A stretch of 64,000 nt of DNA, taken from the NCBI GenBank assembly GCA_963815095.1, contig CAWFFH010000008.1, forward strand, positions 48,986 to 112,985, read 5' to 3'. Source of the stretch: Candidatus Bathyarchaeota archaeon. Its GTDB lineage: Archaea > Thermoproteota > Bathyarchaeia > Bathyarchaeales > Bathycorpusculaceae. Positions 23,381 to 34,005 of this stretch are shown here, in pieces (the stretch's first letter is position 1; every line of letters starts with the position of its first letter). The notes below the pieces were generated by a model, which saw nothing but the letters and a program-made list of their open reading frames with translations, was not told where the DNA came from and searched no databases. The translations under genes and the position numbers were made by a program.

Positions 23381-23529
23381 ATTAGTCTGCCAAAATACAA
23401 TAATTTTCTCAATACCCATAATCGAAATTACAAAATCGATTAGGATTAAGTGTATGCGAAAAGGGAATCCGCAAAGGATAAGGGTTTATTTTTCTTGAGC
23501 GGAAGAATTGACGCTAAACTGAAATCTGG

Positions 23530-24681
23530 TTGAAAACCATGAGCCATTATTGCCCCATAAACTTAACTTTGGAGAAAAGAAGTCGCCAAAGAGAACTGTT
23601 CATTTCTAAAGCGCTTGAAAAATATTTTTCTTCAATTCTGTTAAATGGCAAATTAGATTTTTTTCCTGACGGAATCAATTTCGTTAGTGTCTCAGATGTT
23701 AGGAGATTAAGCTCGCGTGCTATTGGTAACGACGTTTATTCATTTGTGTTTACTTATCGCGATTTGAGTCGTGAGCGACAGATTAATCTTATTTTGAAAG
23801 CCTATGGCAAGTCTTTAGATCCAGTTTTGAGGGCATCCTCTAATCGCGAAAATTTTGATAGATGTGTAAAAGAATTTCAAGTGTTGAGAAGTCTTGAAAG
23901 TGTTAATTTTCCTGTTCCAAAAGCATACCTTTGTGAGGATGATTTACAAGTTCTTGGTTATCCTTTCATAATAACGCTAAAAGAAGAATTGAACCAAAAT
24001 GTCATTGTCGATATGGATTGTTTTGCCAAAAATCTTTTTCTCCTTCATAGCATAGACGTAGGCACGTTGGGAATTGAAGCCATTAAACCCCCCGGAGACA
24101 TGTATGCATTTGCACGGCAAAATATTTTTTACATTAAAAATTATTTGAATCTTTATCCTATTCATAAAAACAAAGGACTAATGAAAGATTTTGATTTAGC
24201 AATTCATTGGCTTGAGTCGAATGTAACTAAATCTTCTTGCCAAACATACTGTCTTATTCATGGTGATTATCGCGCAGGCTTTAACACATTCTTGACTCGT
24301 GGTTCTGGAATGGTTGTGACAGATTGGGAAGATGCTGCAATAGGGGATCCAGCATATGATGTAGGATCCGCTTATGCTCGTGAGCGAGTAGACTTAGGTA
24401 AAGAAACTGCTGATCGGTTTGTTCAAGAATACTTACGGTATCACGATGGAGATGTTACTGGCAGACTTCTTTTCTATGAACTTATTGCGTATTTGCGTTT
24501 GGCCATTACTCACAACGCGGTTTTGTCGAATCCTCTAAGAGCCTATGAGATTCGTGGGCCAAAAGCGTTTCTTTCATTTCCATTTTTAAATTTACCCTTT
24601 GTCGCTAAAAGGGTGGGAACTGATTTGGATAAAATTTGGGTTAAAAGTTTCAAAGAATTTGTCAGAGAAAATCTGAAGTGA
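23530..24681 (+). CDS. APH family kinase 2
   Basis: LILK, KEFQVL, HGDYRAGFN, DWEDAAIGDPAYD; intact ORF. Confidence 0.8.
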   Translation: MKTMSHYCPINLTLEKRSRQRELFISKALEKYFSSILLNGKLDFFPDGINFVSVSDVRRLSSRAIGNDVYSFVFTYRDLSRERQINLILKAYGKSLDPVLRASSNRENFDRCVKEFQVLRSLESVNFPVPKAYLCEDDLQVLGYPFIITLKEELNQNVIVDMDCFAKNLFLLHSIDVGTLGIEAIKPPGDMYAFARQNIFYIKNYLNLYPIHKNKGLMKDFDLAIHWLESNVTKSSCQTYCLIHGDYRAGFNTFLTRGSGMVVTDWEDAAIGDPAYDVGSAYARERVDLGKETADRFVQEYLRYHDGDVTGRLLFYELIAYLRLAITHNAVLSNPLRAYEIRGPKAFLSFPFLNLPFVAKRVGTDLDKIWVKSFKEFVRENLK

Positions 24682-24702
24682 TACTTGTCAGCGATCGATT
24701 AA

Positions 24703-25045
24703 ATGGCCACAGGTTCGCCTTGGTAATATTTGAGAAAAGAAGTCCTCATATTCAAATTATTACACCCGAGGTTTACCGATAGCGGACTGGCTATGTGATT
24801 GGGTCGGCATGGGTTTTAGTCTTAACGCTTTGGTTATCAGCTTTGACGGAAGATATAAGAACGCGGTTTATCAAAAGATGATTGATCTAAGCTTAAGAGA
24901 AGAAGAAGTGCCCTGTGCAGAGTCTTCTTCTTCTTTTGAACTAAAATTGCCTGCAGACCTCCCAAGCGTCGAAGAAACAATGAAACACCTTAGCGCGACT
25001 CTAACGACTCTCAAACAGCCGGGATTGTGCATAGGCCAAACGTAA
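24703..25045 (+). pseudogene. Truncated relic of a small protein family recalled from integrase-associated elements in Bathyarchaeia
   Basis: MATGSPW...LCDWVGMGFSLNALV...LKLPADLPSVEETMKHL...QPGL, disrupted and truncated; family link is from memory. Confidence 0.4.
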
Positions 25046-25090
25046 GAAGACCTCGCAGATAAAAGGAAACATATCTCTTAAATGGCGGTG

Positions 25091-26199
25091 ATGGCGACGA
25101 AACGGCCCTTTGTTTCTATCATCATAGTGAACTTTAATGGAAAGCGTTTCTTGAAAGAGTGTCTTTCCACTGTCTCGAAACAAACTACCCCAGCTTTGAA
25201 GTTATCTTTGTTGACAATGCTTCCACTGATAAAAGTGTAGATTTTGTCAGTAGTGAATTCAACGAGAACAAATGTCTTACATTAATCAAGAATGGTGAGA
25301 ATGTAGGTTTTGGCCCCGCTAACAATATCGGTTTCAAGCAAGCAAAAGGGGACTACATAGTTTTTCTTAATAACGACACTTCGGTGGAACCTGAATGGTT
25401 AGCAACCTTGGTCGACGCATTGGAGAAAGATGAAACTATAGGTTTGGCCTCAAGTCTGTTTCTCAATATGGACGGTCAAACTGTCCAAACGGCAGGGATT
25501 CTGAAGTGTGACTACATGCTACCTGGATATTGGATTGAAATGAATAGAGATTATTTCAAGGTGGCATTTCCCAAAGTTTTCGAGATATCCTCTGTAATGG
25601 GAGCCGCAATGATTGCTAAACGCAAATTTCTAATGCAAATAGATGTGTTCGATCCAAAATATTTCTATTACTATGACGATGATTATCTTTCTTTCAGAAC
25701 TTGGTTAGCTGGTAAGCGCGTTGTTACCGTTTCAGGATCCAGAGTGCGTCACTTCCTGGGCGGCACTAGTGGACATAATGATTTCTTTAAATTTCGTCAT
25801 GCGTTTATTGGTAGTGTATCTCTTATTTTCGATGTTTATTGGAACCTATTTGATTTGACTAAAGGTCTATTCATCTTTTTTGTGTATAAGTTTTTTTATG
25901 ATTCCCTTTTAAAAAGAAAAATAGTGAGATTCCAGGGAAACATGTCTGGGGTGTTCTGGGTTCTAACGCATCTAAAGTATGTATGGAAAAATCGATTGAA
26001 ATATTGGAGTAAAGCAGTAATCGACGAAAGAACGCTTAGATCTAGAATGATAAAAATAACTATTCCTGCCGCTGTTTATCTCATTCCAAGGTTGTTCAGT
26101 TCTTATTTTAATGAAACTGAAAAGTATAGAAAGAATATTCTTTTGTTAAACCAAAAAGAGCTAAATCGACCTTTAGATATCACGAAGCGGGAAAAATAA
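25091..26199 (+). CDS. GT2 glycosyltransferase, paralog of 19914-21049 (frameshift ~25160)
   Basis: VSIIIVNFNG, VDNASTD, FLNND, YDDD, TWLAGKRVV.VSGSR. Confidence 0.85.
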
Positions 26200-26434
26200 C
26201 ACTATTAATTTAGGCATCGTTACACGAACTATCGTAGTTATTATCGTATCAATAAATGGTTGCTTTGTCTATCGTTAAAAATTTTTGCAAAATGGAATTT
26301 TATTCAATCAGAAAGTACTGTAGGGAGTAAATAATCTCTAAAACCAAAAAAAATTAGTTTCTTACTATTAACAATAAAGATATTGAACTGATAAAATTAT
26401 GAAATACACTTTTTTTTGAAGGAATTACATAGAA

Positions 26435-27627
26435 ATGAAAATTGTCTTTACAGGAGCAATACTGCAGCCTTCTTGGCCAGGAGGTGAACCTGCAATTTCA
26501 CGGATATTAGACCATGCCTTCTCAGCCCAAGGTATTGAAGTATCAAAATTTTTCGTGCCTCGGAATCACCCGCGGAAGTGGAGTTTGAATCCTTTGACCG
26601 CACAATCTATTACCAATCATGAGGCCATAGGTTTATACAGACGTCAAATCGAGAAAATCCGCCCAGATCTTGTTATGACCTGGTCTGATTACGATCTTTC
26701 CGCTTTTTGGGCAAGTGTGCAATCAAAAACACCAACGATTGCTCAGGCTCAGATTCTTTGGCCTGTTTGTCCATCAAGTTGTCTCTTTAATGAAATTGAT
26801 GAGTCTCCTTGTGAAGGCCCAAGCAAGAGTTGTGGTCTTTGTTTGGCAAAGCGAGCGAAAGTGGTTAAAGAAATAGTTCGTGTTCCGTATATTGCATGTC
26901 TCCCTTTTACTCAGCTTTCAATGTTGAGAACTAATAATATTAGGTCCAAACTAAAGCATGCTTCAGCAATCGTTAGTGACAATTTGTTCCTGAAGAAAGT
27001 GATGGCGACCTTACACTTCGATGTTTCAAAAGTCCAAGTGATATACAACGGAGTGGATTTAACGAGGATCAAACCATCGACCTCGTTTAAGAAACCAAAA
27101 ACTATTCTATTTCTTTCTCACCAGACCAATAGGCAAAAAGGTTTTCGTCATTTTGTGCAACTTTCGAAAAATCTGAAACCTGAGTTCCCTGATGTACGAT
27201 TTCTGTGGGTAGGACAAACAGAGGTGCACGGTGATACTTTTGATACTCATGGGTACGTTTGGAATAGGGAAGATTTAGAGGAGGTTTTTAGGTCGAGTTA
27301 TTTGCTTCTTTTGCCGTCTTTGTGGCCTGAGCCGATGAGTTACTCAGTTATACAGGCTATGGCTCATGGAAAACCAGTAGTAGCATATGATGTAGGAGCC
27401 AATAGCGAAGGTATAATCCATGGTGAGACTGGTTTGCTCGCGGAATGGGGAAACATAAGGAGCTTTCATCAAACGTGGCCAAGCTTTTAAGTGATGAAAA
27501 GCTTGCTGCTAAGATGGGGCAAAACGCTATTAGGCGAGCCCAAGAAATGTTTAGCTTAGATCGGATGATAAATAATTATAAAACTCTCATCAAGAAAGTT
27601 TTGCCCGACCAGAAAACAGCCGGATAA
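26435..27627 (+). CDS. GT4 glycosyltransferase with Cys-rich insert (frameshift ~27455)
   Basis: PGGE, YNGVD, KG, PSLWPEPMSYSVIQAM. Confidence 0.85.
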
Positions 27628-27963
27628 TGGGTACAAAATTCATTTAGTCACAAACAGAATGCAAGTAAGTTACTGTAATTGAAAAACAAAATATTAACAA
27701 TCTGCAAATTTGTGGATGAAAGGATTATGTATTTAGAAGAGATTTAAAAGTCCCTCTTCTTATATAGAATAAGATCTCTGTAATTATTGCTAAGCAACAA
27801 TTCGGAAATATTTATTTTTATAACAATTCCATCATCTATGAGAGCTATCGATTTAACCGAGACTTTGTAAAAGAAAAATTCAGAAAGATTTTCGACATAT
27901 TATACTGATGGAAGAAAGATTAAAATAAGTACCTATAGGATAAAGTCAGGAGAATCCGAAATA

Positions 27964-28877
27964 ATGTACACCAAAGAACAGATTCAGAAAGAACTAGATG
28001 AACTTAAACTTAAATACGGCGAATGGAACTTTGACATTCCTCTTCCTTTTGACATCTGGACTAAAGGAAATCAAGGCGTACCGCAGACAAGACTTAGGAA
28101 AATAGTGCAAATTGTTAACGATCTGTCTCAGAAGCCAATTTCTAAATGCCGCATCCTAGATTTTAGGATGCTCGGATGGGATGTTCTCCATCGAATTCGC
28201 ATTACATGGGGCAGACACTGTTGGTGTAGAAGCAAGAGAAGCCAATATTAAAAAAGCTATATTCAGCAAAGAAGTTCTAAACCTGAAAAACTTGGAGTTT
28301 CGACAGGACGATATTAGAAAAATAAATGTTGCGTCTTATGGGAAATTTGATGCAATTATTTGTAGTGGCGTTTTCTATCATTTGCCCGCTATTGACGCAA
28401 TCAATCTTATCAAAACTATGTATGAAATGGTAAATAGACTTATAGTACTTGATGTTCGCGTAGCTCTCGAACCAATCGAGAAGGTAATGCATAACAAAGA
28501 TGAATACTGGGGCACCATATTCCGGGAACACCCTGAAAATGCCACCACAGGAGAAAGAGAAACGTCTCTTTTACTCAATAGATAATATGACTAGTTTCTG
28601 GTTCACACGACCATCCTTAATCAACTTACTCAGCAAAGTAGGTTTTTCTTCAATTTACGAATGCTTTACCCCCGCACACATGAATTTCGGAAAACCCGGA
28701 ATTCATCATCCGGACCATCTTACTTTCGTTGCATTAAAGGGCGAAATCTGTGAACTCAAAACTTCTCCAGATGTCAATAGTCTTCGAGAGAATTTTCCAG
28801 AGGGTAGTCTCACTTATGCTCCTGAAAAGCCAGGGTCTTTGTACAAAAGAGCAATATCTAAACTCAAAGAAAGATAG
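27964..28877 (+). CDS. Class I SAM-dependent methyltransferase (frameshifted)
   Basis: ILDLGC (reconstructed), GVEAR, FDAIICSGVFYHL. Confidence 0.75.
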
Positions 28878-29163
28878 TTTGACATTTTTCGAAAATCAAA
28901 AAAAAAATAATTCTTTTTGCTTTTGTATTTAAAATTTAAAGCTATAAGACTAATTCAAAGTTATTTGATTTGAAGATTGGCGTGGCGGCAGAGCGAAAAT
29001 AAAGTTTAGCAAAATATTCGCGCTTTTAAGATCTTGGTAAGAAAACTCTGCGCTAATCACTAAAACCAATAGTTATGAAAAATTGAACTATATGCACAGA
29101 AAGAATATTAATTTCTGGCGTTGCCACCTTTTGAATTATTATCAAGAGAGGGAGCTCCAAACT

Positions 29164-29945
29164 TTGAAAAAGAAAACATTTTCCATCATTATTACAGTAT
29201 TCCTTTTTACTATACTGATGATTTCCGTGTTTATAGGAACATTAGAAATGGCGAAGGCAGATACTCAAAGCAGTGACTCAAACGGAAACCCCGACACATG
29301 GTCAATGTTCCATAATAATTTAGGTCATACAGGTAATACCACTTCGACCTCTCCAACAACAAACCATGTTTTTGTGGAGTTATATAACAGGTAATGCTGT
29401 TGAATCTTCTCCTGTTGTTGTTGATGGGGTTGTGGATGAAAATGATGGCAAGGTTTATGCTTTGAGTTCTGACACAGGCGCTTTAATGTGGAGTCACACA
29501 ATCGGCCAGAAAGTGGTCTTCTCTTGGCGTTTCAAACGGTGTAATTTATGTCGGACGCGTAAGTCCTGATCTCTCAGGCAGAGGCGCAGTTTTCGCTTTC
29601 GATGCTGCAACAGGCTCTGTATTATGGACTTTTCCAACCGATGATGCTGTTTTCTTCCCCTGCAATTGAAAATGGCGTAGTTTATATAGGCTCTGAAGAT
29701 GGCAAAGTTTATGCTTTAAACGCTTCTACAGGCGCATTGATATGGAGCTTCACGACCGACGATGAAGTAACTTCTTCTCCTGCTGTTGTTAAATGGAGTG
29801 GCTTTCGTAGGTTCACTTGATGGTAAGGTTTATGCTTTGAGTGCTGCTACAGGGGCTATGATATGGAGCTTCGCTACAGGCGATTGGGTTGCATCTTCTC
29901 CTGCTGTCGCTGGTGGTGTGGTTTTTGTAGGGACGCGGATGTAGA
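29164..29945 (+). pseudogene. Secreted PQQ-like/BamB beta-propeller protein, fragmented and truncated
   Basis: Signal peptide, WSMFH.N..HTG, repeated SSPAV..GVVY.GS.DGKVYAL.A.TG.LIW blades; ends just before an IS-end-like repeat. Confidence 0.7.
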
Positions 29946-29971
29946 AATAATTGATTTGCATGAGTGGCGCG

Positions 29972-30028
29972 CTGTTGAATCCGGAATACTTGACCACAAT
30001 CTGTTAATCCGGAATACTTGACCACAAT
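29972..30028 (+). repeat. Tandem duplication of a 28-29 bp unit
   Basis: ctgttgaatccggaatacttgaccacaat followed by ctgttaatccggaatacttgaccacaat. Confidence 0.9.
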
Positions 30029-30098
30029 TTAAGGTCAGAAGTCTCCAGACCATTTTGCAACAACTTCTGCATAATTTGACCGAAAATAAACGGCTACA
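30002..30098. mobile_element. Possible ~100-bp MITE/IS scar with TGT...ACA ends
   Basis: Left TGTTAATCCGGAATACTTGACCACAATT; right end reverse-complements to TGTAGCCGTTTATTTTCGGTCAAATT; weak inverted similarity. Confidence 0.3.
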
Positions 30099-30194
30099 AA
30101 AAGGAATAAAAGTAATTCAGATTCTTGATTATTAAAATTTATTAATATATGTAGTAAGTGTAATCTCAAACAAGTGACATCGGAGCCTTGAAAA

Positions 30195-31352
30195 TTGTTA
30201 GATCCAATTCCTTTATACAAGCCTCAAAATACCATAGGCGCAGAGGTACTAGATTCAATTCGAGAAGTCCTTGAGTCTGGGTGGCTGACCATGGGTCCAA
30301 AAACAATAAAGTTTGAAGAGGTCTTTGCAAAGTATATATCATGTAAATATGGGGTAGCCACTGATTCTTGTACTTCTGCCTTGTACCTGGCTTTGGATGG
30401 CTTAGGAATAAAAAAAGGCAACTCTGTCGTGGTTCCAGTAAATACTTTCGTCGCAACCGCAAATGTAGTTAGGTGGTTAGGGGCTGAAGTCCGCTTCTGC
30501 GACGTAGGAAAAGACGGCGAACTTGATCCAGCAAAATTAGCAACCCAACTCGAACAAGATGATAAAATCAAATGTGTTATCCCCGTTCACCTATACGGTT
30601 TTCCCTGCGATATGAAACAGATCGGTCAATTAGTCAAGAAACATGACTTAGGAATGATAGAGGACTGCGCTCAGTCTGTCGGTGCAACGTTCGGAGATAA
30701 GAAAGTTGGCAGTTTTGGAGATGCAGGTTGTTATAGTTTTTACGCTACAAAAAATATAACAACTGGGGAAGGAGGGATGCTTGTCACAAGTAGCGAAAAA
30801 ATTAAAGACAGAGCTCTCCTAATAAGAAATCATGGTCAAAGCAAGACTCCAAAGGAAAAGTTCGCTCACTGGCGTTACGACGTTACTGATTTAGGCTTCA
30901 ATTTTAGGATGAGCGAAATTGCGGCTGTAATTGGACTTAAACAAATGGAAAAACTTGACCTTATCATTGAATCAAGACGGAAAATAGCAAAAAGGTATAA
31001 AGAAGAGTTAGAAAAAATCGACGGCATCGAAATGCTCCATGATCCAGAATCTCACATCTATCGACAAGGCGTTTTCCATCTGCTAGAAGTCAAGGTTGAA
31101 AAACAATACCCTCTGAAAAGAGACAAACTTTATGATTTTCTAAAAAAAGAAGGGATAACAACCGGAGTTCACTATCCTCCTCTACACATGTTTTCTTACT
31201 ACAAAAAGACCACAAAATATCGAAAAGGAGATTTTCCGCAAGCAGAAGCATTGTATTCAAAGATTCTTTCACTTCCAATGTTTCCATTTATGACGGAGCT
31301 TGAATTTCAGACAGTAATTAACGCTTTAAAGGCAGGAGCTCACGCAACCTGA
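30195..31352 (+). CDS. DegT/DnrJ/EryC1/StrS sugar aminotransferase
   Basis: SCTSAL, TFVAT, PVHLYG, EDCAQ, SFYATKNITTGEGG, GFNFRM. Confidence 0.95.
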   Translation: MLDPIPLYKPQNTIGAEVLDSIREVLESGWLTMGPKTIKFEEVFAKYISCKYGVATDSCTSALYLALDGLGIKKGNSVVVPVNTFVATANVVRWLGAEVRFCDVGKDGELDPAKLATQLEQDDKIKCVIPVHLYGFPCDMKQIGQLVKKHDLGMIEDCAQSVGATFGDKKVGSFGDAGCYSFYATKNITTGEGGMLVTSSEKIKDRALLIRNHGQSKTPKEKFAHWRYDVTDLGFNFRMSEIAAVIGLKQMEKLDLIIESRRKIAKRYKEELEKIDGIEMLHDPESHIYRQGVFHLLEVKVEKQYPLKRDKLYDFLKKEGITTGVHYPPLHMFSYYKKTTKYRKGDFPQAEALYSKILSLPMFPFMTELEFQTVINALKAGAHAT

Positions 31353-31496
31353 TTTTTTTTAACAGCCAACTTAAAGAATTAACTTAATGGTCTTTATTGA
31401 GATCATATTGTTAGTGTCAAACCTTGCATTGGAATTATAACGACAAAAATATGGATTGATTAAGAACATTTATTTTTAAAGGAAACGGCTTAAAGA

Positions 31497-32687
31497 ATGA
31501 AAGTTCTCTTCACGGGTGTAATACTGCAGCCTTCTTGGCCTGGCGGAGAGCCCAGCGTTGCTCGATTATTAGAAAATGTTTTCGCAACCCAAGGTATTGA
31601 GGTATCCAAATGTTTTGTACCGCGAGACCGACCGCGGAAATGGTGTCCAGTAAATCCCTTCACTTCGCAATCAGTTATGAATCAAAAAGCAGTAGGTTTG
31701 TACAAACGTCAGATGGAGAAAATCCGTCCAGACATCGTTATGACTTGGTATGATTACGATCTTTCTGCTTTCTGGGCTAGCGTACTTTCAGGAATACCTG
31801 CGATTGTTCAGGCTCAGATTCTTTGGCCTGTTTGTCCATTAAGTTGTCTCTTTAATGAGATTGATGAGTCTCCTTGTAATGGCCCAAGCAAGAGTTGCGG
31901 TCTTTGCTTAGCAAAGCGAGCAAAAGTTGTAGGAGAAATGCGTTCTGCTATACCCTCTATTGCGTGTTTACCTTTTACTCAACTTTCAATGATGAAAGTT
32001 CATAATCTTAGATCGAAACTAAGTCGTGCTTCCGCGATAGTTAGTGATAGTCTATTTCTAAAGACAATGATGGCACGATTTAAATACGACACCGCGAATG
32101 TCCACGTGATTTATAATGGGACTGATTTTAGCAGCATCGAGCCTGCAATCCCTAGTAATAAACAAAAAATAGTGTTGTTTCTTTCTAACCAAATCAACAA
32201 ACAAAAAGGAGTCTACCATTTTATTCAACTTTCAAAAAACCTTAAACCAGAGTTCCCGGATGTTCGTTTTCTATGGGTTGGTCAAAACGAACTGGAAGGT
32301 GACACTTTTGAGACTCAGGGATACATTCGGAACAAGCAAGACCTGGAGGCTATGTTTAGGTCGAGTTATTTGCTTCTTTTGCCTTCTTTGTGGCCTGAGC
32401 CGATGAGTTATTCAGTTATTCAAGCTATGGCTCACGGAAAACCAGTAGTAGCATACGACATAGGAGCAAATAGTGAAGCGATAGTTCACCGTGAAACTGG
32501 TCTACTTGCCCCATGGGGAAATATTGATCAACTTACATCTCACGTTCGAACGCTGTTACTCGATCAAAGCCTTGCCGCTCAAATGGGCCAAAATGCCCGA
32601 AAGCGAGCAGAAGAAATGTTTAGCATAAAACGCATGACAAACTCTTACATGAACCTTCTAGAAAAAACTCAAAGTCCTCGCGCATAA
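31497..32687 (+). CDS. GT4 glycosyltransferase with Cys-rich insert, paralog of 26435-27627
   Basis: Same motifs; intact ORF. Confidence 0.9.
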   Translation: MKVLFTGVILQPSWPGGEPSVARLLENVFATQGIEVSKCFVPRDRPRKWCPVNPFTSQSVMNQKAVGLYKRQMEKIRPDIVMTWYDYDLSAFWASVLSGIPAIVQAQILWPVCPLSCLFNEIDESPCNGPSKSCGLCLAKRAKVVGEMRSAIPSIACLPFTQLSMMKVHNLRSKLSRASAIVSDSLFLKTMMARFKYDTANVHVIYNGTDFSSIEPAIPSNKQKIVLFLSNQINKQKGVYHFIQLSKNLKPEFPDVRFLWVGQNELEGDTFETQGYIRNKQDLEAMFRSSYLLLLPSLWPEPMSYSVIQAMAHGKPVVAYDIGANSEAIVHRETGLLAPWGNIDQLTSHVRTLLLDQSLAAQMGQNARKRAEEMFSIKRMTNSYMNLLEKTQSPRA

Positions 32688-32829
32688 CGTTCTATTTTTC
32701 GGATTAAGACAAAATTATTCTAACAAATTAGCGGTTTAATACTATGGATAACAAAGTAATAGCACACCGTATTCGCAAACTCTAAACAAACGAACTGCAT
32801 TTTCAAAAGTTGATGGATTTCTGAGAAAA

Positions 32830-33937
32830 TTGTTGGACTCAAAAAAGCTCGAAGACTATTTGCGTGTAAAATCGAATTATGAGGATTCTAGCATAATCCC
32901 TAAAGATGCTACTAACGTCAAGGTTTCTAACATTAGAACGCTTTCAGGAGGCATGACGAATAACACTTGTTCTTTCTTGCTTACATTTTCCCAGAAAGGA
33001 TTTGAGCAACGTTTTGATCTTGTCATGAAAGCTTATTCTGAGAAGGTTGGTTTATGGTCTAAGATTCATCATGCAGACGAAGATATTAGACCATATGTAA
33101 GAGAATTTGAAGCTCTGAGAAGTCTTGAGAGGGCAGGTTTTCCTGTACCACATGCCTATCTTTGTGAATACGATTCATCTTTTTTTGGCTATCCGTTTTT
33201 AATAATGCAAAAGGAAAAAATAATCCAACAAAGCGTTTTCCCGATGGATCGTTTTGCTGCAACACTCGCAAGTCTCCATAATTTGAAGTGAAGGAGTTAG
33301 AGATTAAGTCTCTCAGCTTCCCTAGTGATAGTGGTTCATTCGCCAGAGAACGGCAAATTTGTTTGAAGCAATATCTAAATGAAACTAGACATTATCGGGC
33401 TCTAAAAAAACATTTCAATTATGCAATAAACTGGCTTGAGTCAAATGTTTCCAATAATAATTGTCCTCAATATTGCTTAATTCATGGTGAATACCACCCT
33501 GGTCATGGTTTACTGACAAAAGATAATGTCTTGAAAGTAATAGATTGGGAAAGTGTCCAGATAGGCGATCCCGCGTTTGACGTCGGATATGCATATCACA
33601 TGCTTAAACTGATGTACGACCACAAAAATTTAAACTCAGGTGAAGGAGTTGCTGAACGTTTTGTCTCAGAATACAGCAAAAATTTCAAAGGCGATGTACA
33701 CTCTCGGCTTGAATTCTATAAGTTGGTCGGACTTTTAGGAGTGGCTGTTGTAGTTAGCTCATGGATATCAAACCCGTTGGAGGCGTACAAAAGTTTTGGG
33801 ACAAATCTTTTGCACGTGCGCTTGCATTTCCTTTTTTTCACTCTCAATTTTTTGCAAAGAGTTGGCTAAATTAAGATTTCTTAGTTTCCTATTTACAATA
33901 CAGCCAAGATTACATTAAAACAGCTTTGAGACGATAA
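32830..33937 (+). CDS. APH family kinase 3 (frameshifted; atypical catalytic loop)
   Basis: SGGMTN, REFEAL, GFPVP, HGEYHPGH, DWE...GDPAFD; start may be ~32745. Confidence 0.75.
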
Positions 33938-34005
33938 ATAAAGGTAGCTTGCTCCAATCAACTTATAAAGAAACAGGACTAAACAACGTAAATGGTCGAT
34001 TCTTA

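Noticed and set aside
29972-30028. Mini-CRISPR
   Set aside because: The two units abut with no spacer, and there are no cas genes.
22106-33937. APH genes as antibiotic resistance
   Set aside because: Only fold-level motifs; long extensions and glycan context argue against it.
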